Positions 28,487-37,679 of a stretch of DNA of 64,000 nucleotides are shown here, in pieces. Origin of the DNA: Gemmatimonadota bacterium (GTDB lineage: Bacteria; Gemmatimonadota; Gemmatimonadetes; Palauibacterales; Palauibacteraceae). Both the position numbers and the translations under genes were made by a program. How positions within the stretch are numbered: the stretch's first letter is position 1; each line of letters opens with the position of its first letter. A model generated the notes under the pieces. It saw nothing but the letters and a program-made list of their open reading frames with translations, was not told the DNA's origin and searched no databases. Location: the NCBI GenBank assembly GCA_965116475.1, contig OZ220691.1:768001-832000 (forward strand). Direction: 5' to 3'.

Positions 28487-29882
28487 CGTCCCGGTCTCGA
28501 CGCTCCGTGAATCCAATGGCGAACCACGCTCCTCCGGGGTCGGGCGGCTCCACCGCCGCCCTGGAGTGTCCGGCCACCCACAGCACTGTCCGGTCGGCGT
28601 CCACGACGACCGGCACGCCTGAACGATTCGAGGCCGGCACGCGGCGCTCCATCAGGAGCTTCGCGACCCTTCGCGACCCGGCCGGGGTGCGGATCCGGTC
28701 TCCGGGTTGCGGCCCCCGTACGCGGATCGGGAACCGGACCCTGTCGACGGGGAGCGCGGTGGCCCAGCGTTCCGTGCCCTCCAGGGCGCCCCAGCGCACC
28801 TCGTAGCCGCGCCCGCCGAGGCGAACCGGCTCCCGCCCCGCCCGGCGCGCACGCGACCGGTCGATATCGCACTCGCGGTCGGGCGGGGCCTCGCGCACGC
28901 GGCGTACGTGAATCCGGTCGAACTCCCGCTCGACCCGCAGACCCGCCGCGATGTCCACGCCGTGCCCGCTCTTCGCCGTGTCGATGAAGGATGCGCCCAC
29001 CCGGGTTCCGCGCCGGGACACCAGGAAGCCCATGTCCCGGGCGACCCGGCGCAACATGCGGCCGCGAGCCGCCCGATCATACCCCAGCAACAGGGACCGG
29101 GCAATTTGCGCTCCGCCGGCGCTTTGCCGGTATCCGGCGGTGGAGAGGAGCCGCCGGACGCCCGCCTCCAGCCCGCCTTCGGCCACCCGGGCATGCCGTC
29201 CGAGTTCCGCCAGCTGTCGGCGGATGGCCGGCTCGCGTTCGGCCAGCGCCGGGAGCAGTCCGTACCGCATCCGCGAGCGCCGGTAGCGAGGATGCCGGTT
29301 TGCGGGGTCCCTCACCCACTCCCGTCCCGTGGCCCGCAGATAGCCGCTCAACTCGTCTCGCGCGAAGCCGAGCAGCGGACGCACGAAGGGGCCGCGGCGG
29401 GCGGGGATGCCGGCCAGTCCACGAAAGCCGGGACCGCGCAGGAGGTTGAGCAGCACCGTCTCCACGTGGTCGTCGCGCTGGTGCGCGAGGGCGACGCGAT
29501 CCGCTCCGGCCCGTCGCCGCGCCTCGGAAAGGAACGCGTAGCGGGCGGCCCTCCACTCGGCGGGGCCGCCCGTGAGTCCGGCCGCGCGGTCCACCTCGCA
29601 GGGCACGTCGGCCCGGCGGCAGAGTTCCGCGGCGTCCGCGGCCCACGCGGCGCTGTCCGGCTGGAGTCCGTGGTCGAAATGGGCCGCGCTCAACTGAAGC
29701 GGCCAGGACTCGCTCAGCGCGCGGAGGAGGTGAAGGAGCGCGAGCGAGTCCGATCCGCCGGAGAAGGCCACGACGACGCGCGAGCCTCGCGGCAGAAGCT
29801 CGGGAGCCGCCTGAAGCGCACCCCGCAGGCGCGCCTCCACGCCGGCGCCGGCCGTCGGCGGGGCGACGGCGCCGGGCGTCAG
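28467..29882 (-). CDS. tilS: tRNA(Ile)-lysidine synthetase (start uncertain: CTG 29882 or GTG 29840)
   Basis: SGGSDS PP-loop, HFDHGL, AHQRDDHVET, RPLL, DPAN; C-terminal GDRI. Confidence 0.92.
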   Translation of the reverse strand: MTPGAVAPPTAGAGVEARLRGALQAAPELLPRGSRVVVAFSGGSDSLALLHLLRALSESWPLQLSAAHFDHGLQPDSAAWAADAAELCRRADVPCEVDRAAGLTGGPAEWRAARYAFLSEARRRAGADRVALAHQRDDHVETVLLNLLRGPGFRGLAGIPARRGPFVRPLLGFARDELSGYLRATGREWVRDPANRHPRYRRSRMRYGLLPALAEREPAIRRQLAELGRHARVAEGGLEAGVRRLLSTAGYRQSAGGAQIARSLLLGYDRAARGRMLRRVARDMGFLVSRRGTRVGASFIDTAKSGHGVDIAAGLRVEREFDRIHVRRVREAPPDRECDIDRSRARRAGREPVRLGGRGYEVRWGALEGTERWATALPVDRVRFPIRVRGPQPGDRIRTPAGSRRVAKLLMERRVPASNRSGVPVVVDADRTVLWVAGHSRAAVEPPDPGGAWFAIGFTERRDRDDEDRGT

Positions 29883-30166
29883 GACTCTCCTTGCGGGGGG
29901 CGGTCGCGCCACGCCGCCGGGCCGCGGCGGAAGTCGAGTTTCCCGGCCACGGAGACGCCGAACCTCGGCCGTGCCGGCAACTCTCCGAACGCGATCTCCG
30001 CCGGGGCCTCGGGAGAGGCGTCCGGCGAGGCATCCGTCGAGGCGTCCGGCGAGGCGGTCCCGGATCGGCCGAACTTGCGACCGTGCTCCCATACGCGATC
30101 CCGCCCGGCTACGTATGCCCGCAGGGCGTCGGCGACACCTTTCGGTTCGCTTCTCGGTGCGCTCAA
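29879..30166 (-). CDS. Hypothetical 95-aa ORF between frr and tilS
   Basis: TTGA overlap with the frr stop, GGAGG RBS, and its stop overlaps the candidate tilS start; internal ASPD repeats. Confidence 0.45.
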   Translation of the reverse strand: MSAPRSEPKGVADALRAYVAGRDRVWEHGRKFGRSGTASPDASTDASPDASPEAPAEIAFGELPARPRFGVSVAGKLDFRRGPAAWRDRPPQGES

Positions 30167-30720
30167 ACCTCCATCACCTCCGCTTCCCTGCGCGCCAGCA
30201 TCGCGTCGATCTTCTTCACGTATTCGTCGGTATTCGTCTGGACCTCGGCCATCGTGCGACGGCAGATGTCCTCTCCGACCTCGCCGTCCCGCTGCATCTT
30301 CAGCAGCCGGTCGCGCGCCTCGTGCCTCGCGTGCCGGATCGACACCCGCCCCTCCTCCGCCATCCGGTGGAGGATCTTGACGAATTCGAGGCGGCGCTCC
30401 TCGGTCAGCGGCGGGATGGGCACCCGGACAATCGCGCCGTCCACCGAAGGATTGAGCCCGAGGTCACCGCTCTGGATCGCGCGCGCCACGTCGCCGGCGA
30501 TGTTCGGATCGTACGGCTGCACCAGGAGCATCGTCGGCTCGGGCGCGCTGACGTTCGCCACCTGCCGCAACTGCACGACGGAGCCGTACGCGTCGACCCG
30601 CACGCCATCGAGGATCGCCGTCGTCGCCTTGCCCGTACGAACGGTAGCGAATTCCCGCGCGATCGCCTCGAGCGCGCTTTCCATCGCCAGGACCGCATTC
30701 TCCAGCGTTTCCTCCGGCAC
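30163..30720 (-). CDS. frr: Ribosome recycling factor
   Basis: VRTGKA, VDAYG, LGLNP, IPPLTEERR, GRVSIRHAR. Confidence 0.96.
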   Translation of the reverse strand: MPEETLENAVLAMESALEAIAREFATVRTGKATTAILDGVRVDAYGSVVQLRQVANVSAPEPTMLLVQPYDPNIAGDVARAIQSGDLGLNPSVDGAIVRVPIPPLTEERRLEFVKILHRMAEEGRVSIRHARHEARDRLLKMQRDGEVGEDICRRTMAEVQTNTDEYVKKIDAMLARREAEVMEV

Positions 30721-30769
30721 CGTCCCCTCCGATCTTCACGCATCCGCCGGGACCCGCGTGCGGCGGCTG

Positions 30770-31513
30770 CTACCCGACGAGGGTCCCGATTCTCTCGCCT
30801 CGCAACGCTGCCAGGATTGCACCCGGCCGCTTGATGTTCAAGACGACGATGGGCAGCGAGTTGTCCTTGCACAGCGAGATCGCCGCCGCATCCATGACGC
30901 CGAGTTCACGGGTCATCACCTCGAGATAGCCGATCTCGTCGATGAGCGAAGCCTCCGGGTCGGTCTCCGGGTCCGCCGTGTACACGCCATCGACCCGCGT
31001 CGCCTTCATGATCACATCGGCTTCCATCTCGATCGCCCGGAGCACGGCCGCCGTATCGGTGGAAAAATACGGGTTTCCGGTACCTCCCGCGAAGATCACG
31101 ACCCTTCGCTTCTCCAGGTGGCGCAGGGCGCGACGCCGGATGTAGGGCTCCGCGAGTTCCTCCATCCGGATGGCGGACATCACCCGCGTCTCCACGCCGC
31201 ACTGCTCGAGCATGTCCTGAAGCGCCATCGCGTTGATCACGGTCGCGAGCATGCCCATGTAGTCCGCGCTCACCCGATCCATGCCGCGCGCGCTCGCCAC
31301 GGTGCCGCGCATGATGTTCCCGCCGCCCACGACGAGCCCGAGGCTCACGCCACTTTCGTACACGCGGCGGATTTCGTGCGTGAGTTCCTCGATGACGGGC
31401 GGGTCGATGCCGAACCCCCGGTTTCCGGCGAGCGATTCGCCGGAGAGCTTCACGAGGGCGCGGCGATACTTCAGGTCGGCCGCGCCTCCGGGAAGGCGGT
31501 CCGCGGAACTCAG
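30770..31513 (-). CDS. pyrH: Uridylate kinase (likely CTG start)
   Basis: [45 protein letters not shown]. Confidence 0.95.
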   Translation of the reverse strand: MSSADRLPGGAADLKYRRALVKLSGESLAGNRGFGIDPPVIEELTHEIRRVYESGVSLGLVVGGGNIMRGTVASARGMDRVSADYMGMLATVINAMALQDMLEQCGVETRVMSAIRMEELAEPYIRRRALRHLEKRRVVIFAGGTGNPYFSTDTAAVLRAIEMEADVIMKATRVDGVYTADPETDPEASLIDEIGYLEVMTRELGVMDAAAISLCKDNSLPIVVLNIKRPGAILAALRGERIGTLVG

Positions 31514-32379
31514 CCGCCCACCTCGAAGCGGACGAACCGCCGAACCGCCAGATCCTGTCCCGCAGCCTGTCCCGCCTTGCGCAGGACTTCCTTCACCGTG
31601 AGGTCCGGATCGCGCACGTAGGCCTGCCACAGCAGCGCGTTCTCCTCATAGAACTTGCGCATGCGGCCCTCGACAATCTTTTCGGTGATCGAGGCCGGCT
31701 TGCCCTGCTCCAGCGCCTGCTCGGTCAGCAGCTTGCGCTCGCGTTCGACCTCGGCCTCCGGAATGTCGTCCGGCGACACGCCCCGCGGGTTCGTGGCCGC
31801 GGCATGCATGGCGATGCCGCGGGCCGTCTCCAGCGCCGCGTCGCCCGAGTCCGAAACCTCCAGCAGCACGCCGATGCGATTCCCGAAGTGGACGTACGAG
31901 GCGAAGCCCCCGTTCGCGCCGAGGTCGTAGCGCACGGCGCGTCCCACCTGGACGTTCTCTCCGACCTGGACCCGCAGTTCGTTGAGGCGGCTCTCGATGG
32001 CGCTCCCGCCTTCGAGCCCGAGCATCGCATCGCCCTGCACCGTCTCCCCGTCCCGTACCGGGAGGTCGAACAGCCGGTCCGCCAGGTCGCGTGAGAAATC
32101 CTCGAACGCCTCGCTGCGCGCGACGAAGTCGGTTTCGCTCAGCACCTCGACCATCGAGGCGGATCCGTCGCGCATCGCCACGCGGATCGTCCCCTCCGAC
32201 ACCGTGCGCGCCTCGCGCTTCGCCGCCTTCGCCGCGCCCGCCTTCCTCAGCAGGTCGATGGCCCGCTCCGTATCTCCGTCCGACTCGATGAGCGCGCGCT
32301 TGCAGTCCATCATCCCGGCGCCTGTCCGGTCGCGGAGAGCCTTCACCGCCCCGGCCGTGATCTGCGTCATGGTCACCAT
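31510..32379 (-). CDS. tsf: Elongation factor Ts
   Basis: [46 protein letters not shown]. Confidence 0.97.
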   Translation of the reverse strand: MVTMTQITAGAVKALRDRTGAGMMDCKRALIESDGDTERAIDLLRKAGAAKAAKREARTVSEGTIRVAMRDGSASMVEVLSETDFVARSEAFEDFSRDLADRLFDLPVRDGETVQGDAMLGLEGGSAIESRLNELRVQVGENVQVGRAVRYDLGANGGFASYVHFGNRIGVLLEVSDSGDAALETARGIAMHAAATNPRGVSPDDIPEAEVERERKLLTEQALEQGKPASITEKIVEGRMRKFYEENALLWQAYVRDPDLTVKEVLRKAGQAAGQDLAVRRFVRFEVGG

Positions 32380-32390
32380 GTCTCCTTCCC

Positions 32391-32416
32391 AAAAAAAAGG
32401 GCCACCGAAGTGGCCC
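32391..32416 (-). terminator. Intrinsic terminator/attenuator between rpsB and tsf
   Basis: GGGCCAC-TTCG-GTGGCCC followed by T8. Confidence 0.85.
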
Positions 32417-32423
32417 CTTGTGG

Positions 32424-33488
32424 TCACTTCTCTTTCGACTCCACCTCTCCGACGACTGCCGCTTCGGCATCCTCCGATCCGGCATCCGCCGCGGGCTCCG
32501 GGTTGTCGGCCGCCTCGGCCTTCGCCTCGGGCTCCGGGCTGTCGGCCGCTTCGGCCTTCGCCTCGGGCTCCGGGCTGTCGGCCGCGCTGTCGGCCGCTTC
32601 GGCCTTCGCCTCGCTCTCGGCCGGCTCGGCGGCGCCGTCGGCGCTCTCTATCACGGCCGGATGGTGCAGTCGCTGCGCGATGACCTCGGGACGCGGCTTT
32701 CGCCTCGGCCTTCGGCGGCGCGAACCGCCGCCGGCGTCGGCGACCCCGCCGGCGTCGCTCGAATACGTGTACGCCTGCGACTCGGCCTCTTCGCGTCCCG
32801 CCTCCGGAATCTCGCGCCGCGACGCCTCCACGACATCCGCGATCGAGCGCGTGATGAGGGAAACGGAGCGAATCGCGTCATCGTTGCCCGCGATGGCGAT
32901 CGTGAGGAGGTCCGGGTCCGCATTCGTGTCCGCGATCGCGACGACCGGGATGCCGAGGCGGTTCGCCTCGCGCACCGCGATATCCTCGCGGGTGGAATCC
33001 ACCACGAACACGAGCCCCGGCAGCCGCGTCATCTCCTTGATGCCGGACAGGTAGCGGTCGAGCTTCTGGCGCTCCCGCTCGAGGAGCAGCCGCTCCTTCT
33101 TCGTGTAGTACTCGAACGCCCCTTCCTCGACGCCCCGCTCGAGTTCCTTCAGGCGGGCGATGTTCTTCTTGATCGTCTGGAAGTTGGTGAGCATCCCGCC
33201 GAGCCAGCGTTCCGTGACGTAGAAGGAACCGCACCGCTCGGCCTCGCCGCGCACGACGCGGGCGAGTTGGGACTTGGTGCACACGAAGAGCACGGATTTG
33301 CCCTCGACGATCGTCTGGCGCACGAGTTCGTGGGCCCGTTCGAGCTCCCGCTGCGTCTTCTTGAGATCGATGAGGTAGATCCCGCCGCACTCGGCGAAGA
33401 TGTATTTCCGCATCTTCGGGTTCCAGCGATGTGTCTGGTGCCCGAAGTGTACGCCCGCCTTCAAGAGGTCCTGCAGCTCGACGCCCAT
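32424..33488 (-). CDS. rpsB: 30S ribosomal protein S2 with repetitive C-terminal tail
   Basis: AGVHFGHQT..WNPKM, RWLGGMLTNF, DTNADP, GNDDAIRS. Confidence 0.98.
   Translation of the reverse strand: MGVELQDLLKAGVHFGHQTHRWNPKMRKYIFAECGGIYLIDLKKTQRELERAHELVRQTIVEGKSVLFVCTKSQLARVVRGEAERCGSFYVTERWLGGMLTNFQTIKKNIARLKELERGVEEGAFEYYTKKERLLLERERQKLDRYLSGIKEMTRLPGLVFVVDSTREDIAVREANRLGIPVVAIADTNADPDLLTIAIAGNDDAIRSVSLITRSIADVVEASRREIPEAGREEAESQAYTYSSDAGGVADAGGGSRRRRPRRKPRPEVIAQRLHHPAVIESADGAAEPAESEAKAEAADSAADSPEPEAKAEAADSPEPEAKAEAADNPEPAADAGSEDAEAAVVGEVESKEK
32493..32612 (-). repeat. About 36-bp coding repeats in the rpsB tail
   Basis: EAKAEAADSPEP-like units, about three copies. Confidence 0.8.
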
Positions 33489-33511
33489 GCGCTCGGCTTT
33501 CCGCCTTCCCG

Positions 33512-33907
33512 CTATCGTTTGGAGAACTGGAAGCGCTTGCGCGCCTTGGGACGACCCGGCTTCTTCCGCTCGACGATGCGGGGATCGCGGGTCAGCATGC
33601 CGTGAGACCGCAAGGTCCGCCGGCGGTCTTCATCCATTGCGAGGAGGGCGCGCGCGATGCCCAGGCGCGTGGCCTCCGCCTGCCCGGTGACTCCCCCACC
33701 GCGCACCCGGACGGCGATGTCGTACGATGTCCGCGTCCCGGTGACGTCGAGGGGCGCCGCGACGAGCGAACGGTGCCGCGGGATCGTGAAATACTCTTCG
33801 AACGCCCGACCATTCACGTTCACGACGCCCACACCACGTTTCATCGTGATGCGGGACACCGACCTCTTCCGGCGTCCGACCGACTGGACCTGTTCCGTTT
33901 CCGCCAA
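33512..33907 (-). CDS. rpsI: 30S ribosomal protein S9
   Basis: GRRK, GGGVTGQA, LTRDPRIVERKKPG..QFSKR. Confidence 0.98.
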   Translation of the reverse strand: MAETEQVQSVGRRKRSVSRITMKRGVGVVNVNGRAFEEYFTIPRHRSLVAAPLDVTGTRTSYDIAVRVRGGGVTGQAEATRLGIARALLAMDEDRRRTLRSHGMLTRDPRIVERKKPGRPKARKRFQFSKR

Positions 33908-33953
33908 CTCTCGTCTCCCTGGCAGCCCTGTGCGCGCTGCCGCTATTCCGCCG

Positions 33954-34391
33954 CTATGCCGAGATCGTGTCGAAGGGGCGGGGGTGCTGAGGCGCGTGCG
34001 GATGCTCCGGCCCCGCGTACACTCTCAGCTTTCCGAGCATCTGCCGGCCGAGCGTGTTCTTCGGCAGCATGCCCTTCACGGCCAGCTTGATCACCCGGTC
34101 GGGGTGCCGGTCGAGCAGGCGTCGGAAGGGGATGAAGCGCTCTCCGCCCATGTAGCCCGAATGTCGGAAGTATTCCTTCTGATCCGCCTTGTTCCCGGTC
34201 AGCCGCACGCGCTCCGCGTTCACGACGACCACGTAGTCGCCGGTGTCGAGGTGCGTGCTGTAGATCGGCTTGTGCTTGCCGCGAAGGACGGTCGCGATCC
34301 TCGTCGCGAGACGGCCGAGAACCTGATCCGCGGCGTCGACCACGTACCAGTCCCGTTCGATCTCCCCCGCCTTCACCGAGTACGTCTTCAT
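33954..34391 (-). CDS. rplM: 50S ribosomal protein L13
   Basis: [37 protein letters not shown] 34391. Confidence 0.98.
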   Translation of the reverse strand: MKTYSVKAGEIERDWYVVDAADQVLGRLATRIATVLRGKHKPIYSTHLDTGDYVVVVNAERVRLTGNKADQKEYFRHSGYMGGERFIPFRRLLDRHPDRVIKLAVKGMLPKNTLGRQMLGKLRVYAGPEHPHAPQHPRPFDTISA

Positions 34392-34481
34392 CCGTTCTGC
34401 CCACCTGGAAAAACGTTCCGCCCACCTCAAAAAAACCGCCCGGCGGGACGGATGCCGAGCGCGTGAAAATGATAGCCCGTG

Positions 34482-34510
34482 AAGCTATTCAGCGCCTCGC
34501 ATGAAGTCAA
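34482..34510 (-). promoter_or_regulatory. sigma70-type promoter for the rplM-rpsI-rpsB-tsf operon
   Basis: TTGACT-N17-TAGCTT; the -10 includes the TAG stop of the sigma gene. Confidence 0.7.
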
Positions 34511-35279
34511 TCGCGAGTGAACGTGCGTTGTCCCGGGCGGGACGGGAGGGCGGCGCGCCCCGGCGAGGGATGCTCCCGGCGCCGGGCGCCCCGTCGTTGA
34601 CGAAGCGAACGAGTCCGGACCGTTCGGCGCCCGCGCGCAGCCGCGAAAGGCCGCGCTCCTTGAGTTGGCGCGTCCGCTCACGGGACAGGTCGAGGGCCGC
34701 CGAGATCTCGGCGGGCGTCTGCGGTCTCTCGTAGCCCAGGCCGAAATAGCGGCGCACGACCTCCGACTCGAGCGGCGGCAGGTCGGTCAGACTCGCCTCG
34801 ATCGCGTTCCGCAGCCGCTCGCGAATCAGCTCGGCGCCGGGCTCGGGCGCCTGCTCGTCGGGCAGGAGTTCCTCGAAGGTACAGGAGCGCCCCGGGGCCA
34901 TCTCGTCGAGCGAGAAGCGGTGCGCGGCGGGGCCGCCGGGACGCGGATGATCGACCTGGTCGGCGATGGCCTGCGTCATGGCCCGCCGCACCCAGTAGTG
35001 CGCGTAGCTGATGAAGCGGACGCCGCGCTCCGGATCGAAGCGGTCCGCGGCGCGCACGAGCCCCAGATTCCCCTCGTTCACGAGGTCGGCCAGCGGGACG
35101 CCGCGGCCGCGGTACCCGCGCGCGACGGATACGACGAAGCGGAGATTCGCGCTGACGAGCCGCACGCGCGCCGCCTCGTCGCCGGCCCGGCTCCGCCGCG
35201 CCAGTTCCGCTTCGGCTTCCGCGTCGAGCAGGCGCTCGCGACGGATGTCCGCCAGGTAGCGTTCGAATACGCGGACCAT
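34485..35279 (-). CDS. sigma70-family factor, RpoD/RpoS-like but shortened
   Basis: Region 1.2 (YLADI..LL), region 2 (ANLRFVVSVARGY, DLVNEGNLGL..AADRFDPERGVRFISYA), region 4 HTH (LSRERTRQLKERGLSRLR). Confidence 0.88.
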   Translation of the reverse strand: MVRVFERYLADIRRERLLDAEAEAELARRSRAGDEAARVRLVSANLRFVVSVARGYRGRGVPLADLVNEGNLGLVRAADRFDPERGVRFISYAHYWVRRAMTQAIADQVDHPRPGGPAAHRFSLDEMAPGRSCTFEELLPDEQAPEPGAELIRERLRNAIEASLTDLPPLESEVVRRYFGLGYERPQTPAEISAALDLSRERTRQLKERGLSRLRAGAERSGLVRFVNDGAPGAGSIPRRGAPPSRPARDNARSLAIDFMRGAE

Positions 35280-35291
35280 TGCGGGGCGCCC

Positions 35292-36119
35292 TCAGTCGAC
35301 GCCGCGCAGAATCCGGCCCCAGCGGATCTCGGTGAGCCAGGACCAGGGGCCTCTCGGCTCGCGAGCGTACGAATAGTACACCAGGAAGGGCCTTCCCCGG
35401 ATCGCATCGCGGGGAACGAAGCCCCAGTAGCGGGAATCCTCGGAATTCGACCGGTTGTCGCCCATGACGAAGTAGCTGTCGTCCGGCACGACGAGCGGCC
35501 CCCAGTTGTTCCGCGTCGTGATCGCGCCGGAGCGGCGCGCGCCATCGGTCAGGAAGCGGCGCTGCCACGCGAACTTCGGGCTCGGGGCGTCCGGGAAGTT
35601 CGACGCGGCCTTCACGTACGGTTCCTCGAACGGAACTCCGTTCAGGAAGAGCGTCGCCCGCCGCATGCGCAGCGTGTCTCCCGGCATCCCGACGATTCGC
35701 TTCACGTAGTTCGTGCGCGGCGGCTGTGCCGCGGACGCCGGTGGCTCGAACACGATGACGTCGCCGCGCGAAGGCTCGCCGAACGCGGGAAGCTCCAGGT
35801 CGGTACCGGGAATCTCGGCTCCGTACACCATCTTGTTGACGAGGAGAAAATCGCCGATAAGGAGCGTGTTCTCCATCGAGGCGGTCGGGATCTGGAAGGC
35901 CTCCACGACGAAGGTCCGGATGAAGAGAAACAGGACGAGGGCGACGAAAATGGATTTCGTCCATTCCCACATCCACCGGCCGACTGACGCGTCGCGACCC
36001 CGGCGCGCCCGGACCGTGGGAGCGCGAAACCTGCGGACGGTCTTCTCAGTCGGTTGTTTCTCCATCCCACCCATTCCCTGCACTCCCTGTTCCACGAGCC
36101 GGCGATTGGCCTTCACCAC
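35292..36119 (-). CDS. lepB: Signal peptidase I (start uncertain)
   Basis: IPTASMENTLLIGD, YVKRIVG, MGDNRSNSEDSRYWG. Confidence 0.95.
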   Translation of the reverse strand: MVKANRRLVEQGVQGMGGMEKQPTEKTVRRFRAPTVRARRGRDASVGRWMWEWTKSIFVALVLFLFIRTFVVEAFQIPTASMENTLLIGDFLLVNKMVYGAEIPGTDLELPAFGEPSRGDVIVFEPPASAAQPPRTNYVKRIVGMPGDTLRMRRATLFLNGVPFEEPYVKAASNFPDAPSPKFAWQRRFLTDGARRSGAITTRNNWGPLVVPDDSYFVMGDNRSNSEDSRYWGFVPRDAIRGRPFLVYYSYAREPRGPWSWLTEIRWGRILRGVD

Positions 36120-36164
36120 ACCAAGATGTACGGTGGAACCTCAACGGGGTCTCACCGTCCGGCC

Positions 36165-37655
36165 TCACCAGTCGACATCGATCTGCGCGCGCTGCAGCGT
36201 GCCGCTGTAATCGACGTACGCCACCTTCGTTTCCGTGTAGAACTCGTAGACTTCCCAGCCCCCTTCACGGTGCCCGTTGCCCGTGTTTTTGACACCGCCG
36301 AAGGGGAGGTGCGCCTCCGCGCCGATGGTGGGCGCGTTCACGTACGTGATGCCGTTGTCGAGTTCTTCCACGGCGCGGAACGATGCGGTCACATCCTGCG
36401 TGTAGATCGACGACGAGAGTCCGTACGGAACTTCGTTGTTGATATCGAAGGCCTCCTCGATCGTGTCGAAGCGGATCACGGAGAGCACGGGCCCGAAAAT
36501 CTCCTCGCGCGCGGCCCGGTGTTTCCGGTCGACGCCCGCGAGCACCGTCGGCTCGAAGAACCAGCCATCGCCGAGGCCGCTCTCGGCCGGCCGGCCGCCC
36601 CCCGTCGCGACCGTCGCCCCCTCCTCGCGGGCGATCGCGATGTAGCGCTCGCACTTCTCGCGGGCGGCCTCGTGGATGAGCGGACCCACGTCGACGCCGG
36701 CCTCCTGCCCGTCGCCGAGGCGGAGGGAGCGCGCTTCGTAGCACAGCCTCTCCACGAATTCGTCGTGGACCTTGCGCTGTACGAGGAGTCGGCTGGTCGC
36801 GGTGCAGCGCTGTCCCGTCGTGCCGAAGGCGCCCCACAGCACGCCCTCGAGGGCGAGGTCGAGGTCCGCGTCGGCCATGACGATCTGCGCGTTCTTGCCG
36901 CCCATCTCGAGGGAGAGGCGCTTGTGCATGCGCCCCGCGACCTCGCCGATGCGGCTGCCCGTCTCCGTGGATCCGGTGAAGGAGAGGCCGGGGACGCCGG
37001 GGTGTTCGACGATGGCGCGCCCGATCGTCTCGCCGCGGCCGTGCAGCAGCTGCACGCACTCGGGCGGCAGGCCGGCCTCGAGCAGGATTTCCACGAACCG
37101 GTGCGCGCTGTGCGGCACATCCTCCGAGGGCTTGTAGATGATGCTGTTCCCGCACAGCAGCGCGGGGAAGATCTTCCAGCTCGGGACCGCGACCGGGAAG
37201 TTGAAGGGGGTGATGATCCCGAACACGCCGATCGGACGCCGGAACGACATCGCCCACTTGCTCCGCAGCTCCGAAGGCGCCGTGCGTCCGAAGAGCCGCC
37301 GGCCCTCCACCGCCGCGTAGTAGGCCGTGTCGATGGCCTCCTGGACGTCGCCGCGCGTTTCGTCGAGCACCTTCCCCATTTCGCGCGTGGCCGTGCGCGC
37401 GAGGTCCTCCTTGTGCCGCGTGAGGAGGTCCCCCGCGTTCTTCAGCACGAGGCCCCGCTCGGGGGCCGGCGTCCTGGACCAGCGCTCGAAGCCGCGCTGC
37501 GCGGAGGCCACGGCCGCGTCCAGTTCGGACGGGCCGGTGTCCGGGAAAAGGCCGATGAGGTCCGACGTGCGCGCCGGGTTCCGGTTCTCGATGTATTCGC
37601 CGGTGGCGGGCACAGTCCACTCGCCCGCGATGTAATTCAGGAACTTCTCAGCCAT
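36165..37655 (-). CDS. Aldehyde dehydrogenase
   Basis: ITPFNFP, FTGSTETG, LEMGGKN, GQRCT, EEIFGPV, PFGG. Confidence 0.95.
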   Translation of the reverse strand: MAEKFLNYIAGEWTVPATGEYIENRNPARTSDLIGLFPDTGPSELDAAVASAQRGFERWSRTPAPERGLVLKNAGDLLTRHKEDLARTATREMGKVLDETRGDVQEAIDTAYYAAVEGRRLFGRTAPSELRSKWAMSFRRPIGVFGIITPFNFPVAVPSWKIFPALLCGNSIIYKPSEDVPHSAHRFVEILLEAGLPPECVQLLHGRGETIGRAIVEHPGVPGLSFTGSTETGSRIGEVAGRMHKRLSLEMGGKNAQIVMADADLDLALEGVLWGAFGTTGQRCTATSRLLVQRKVHDEFVERLCYEARSLRLGDGQEAGVDVGPLIHEAAREKCERYIAIAREEGATVATGGGRPAESGLGDGWFFEPTVLAGVDRKHRAAREEIFGPVLSVIRFDTIEEAFDINNEVPYGLSSSIYTQDVTASFRAVEELDNGITYVNAPTIGAEAHLPFGGVKNTGNGHREGGWEVYEFYTETKVAYVDYSGTLQRAQIDVDW

Positions 37656-37679
37656 GGCCGGAGAAACTCCGCTCTGGAG

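Noticed and set aside
32391..32416. Terminator inside the rpsB-tsf operon as a novelty
   Set aside because: An attenuator-like terminator between rpsB and tsf is already known in other bacteria; kept as a feature only.
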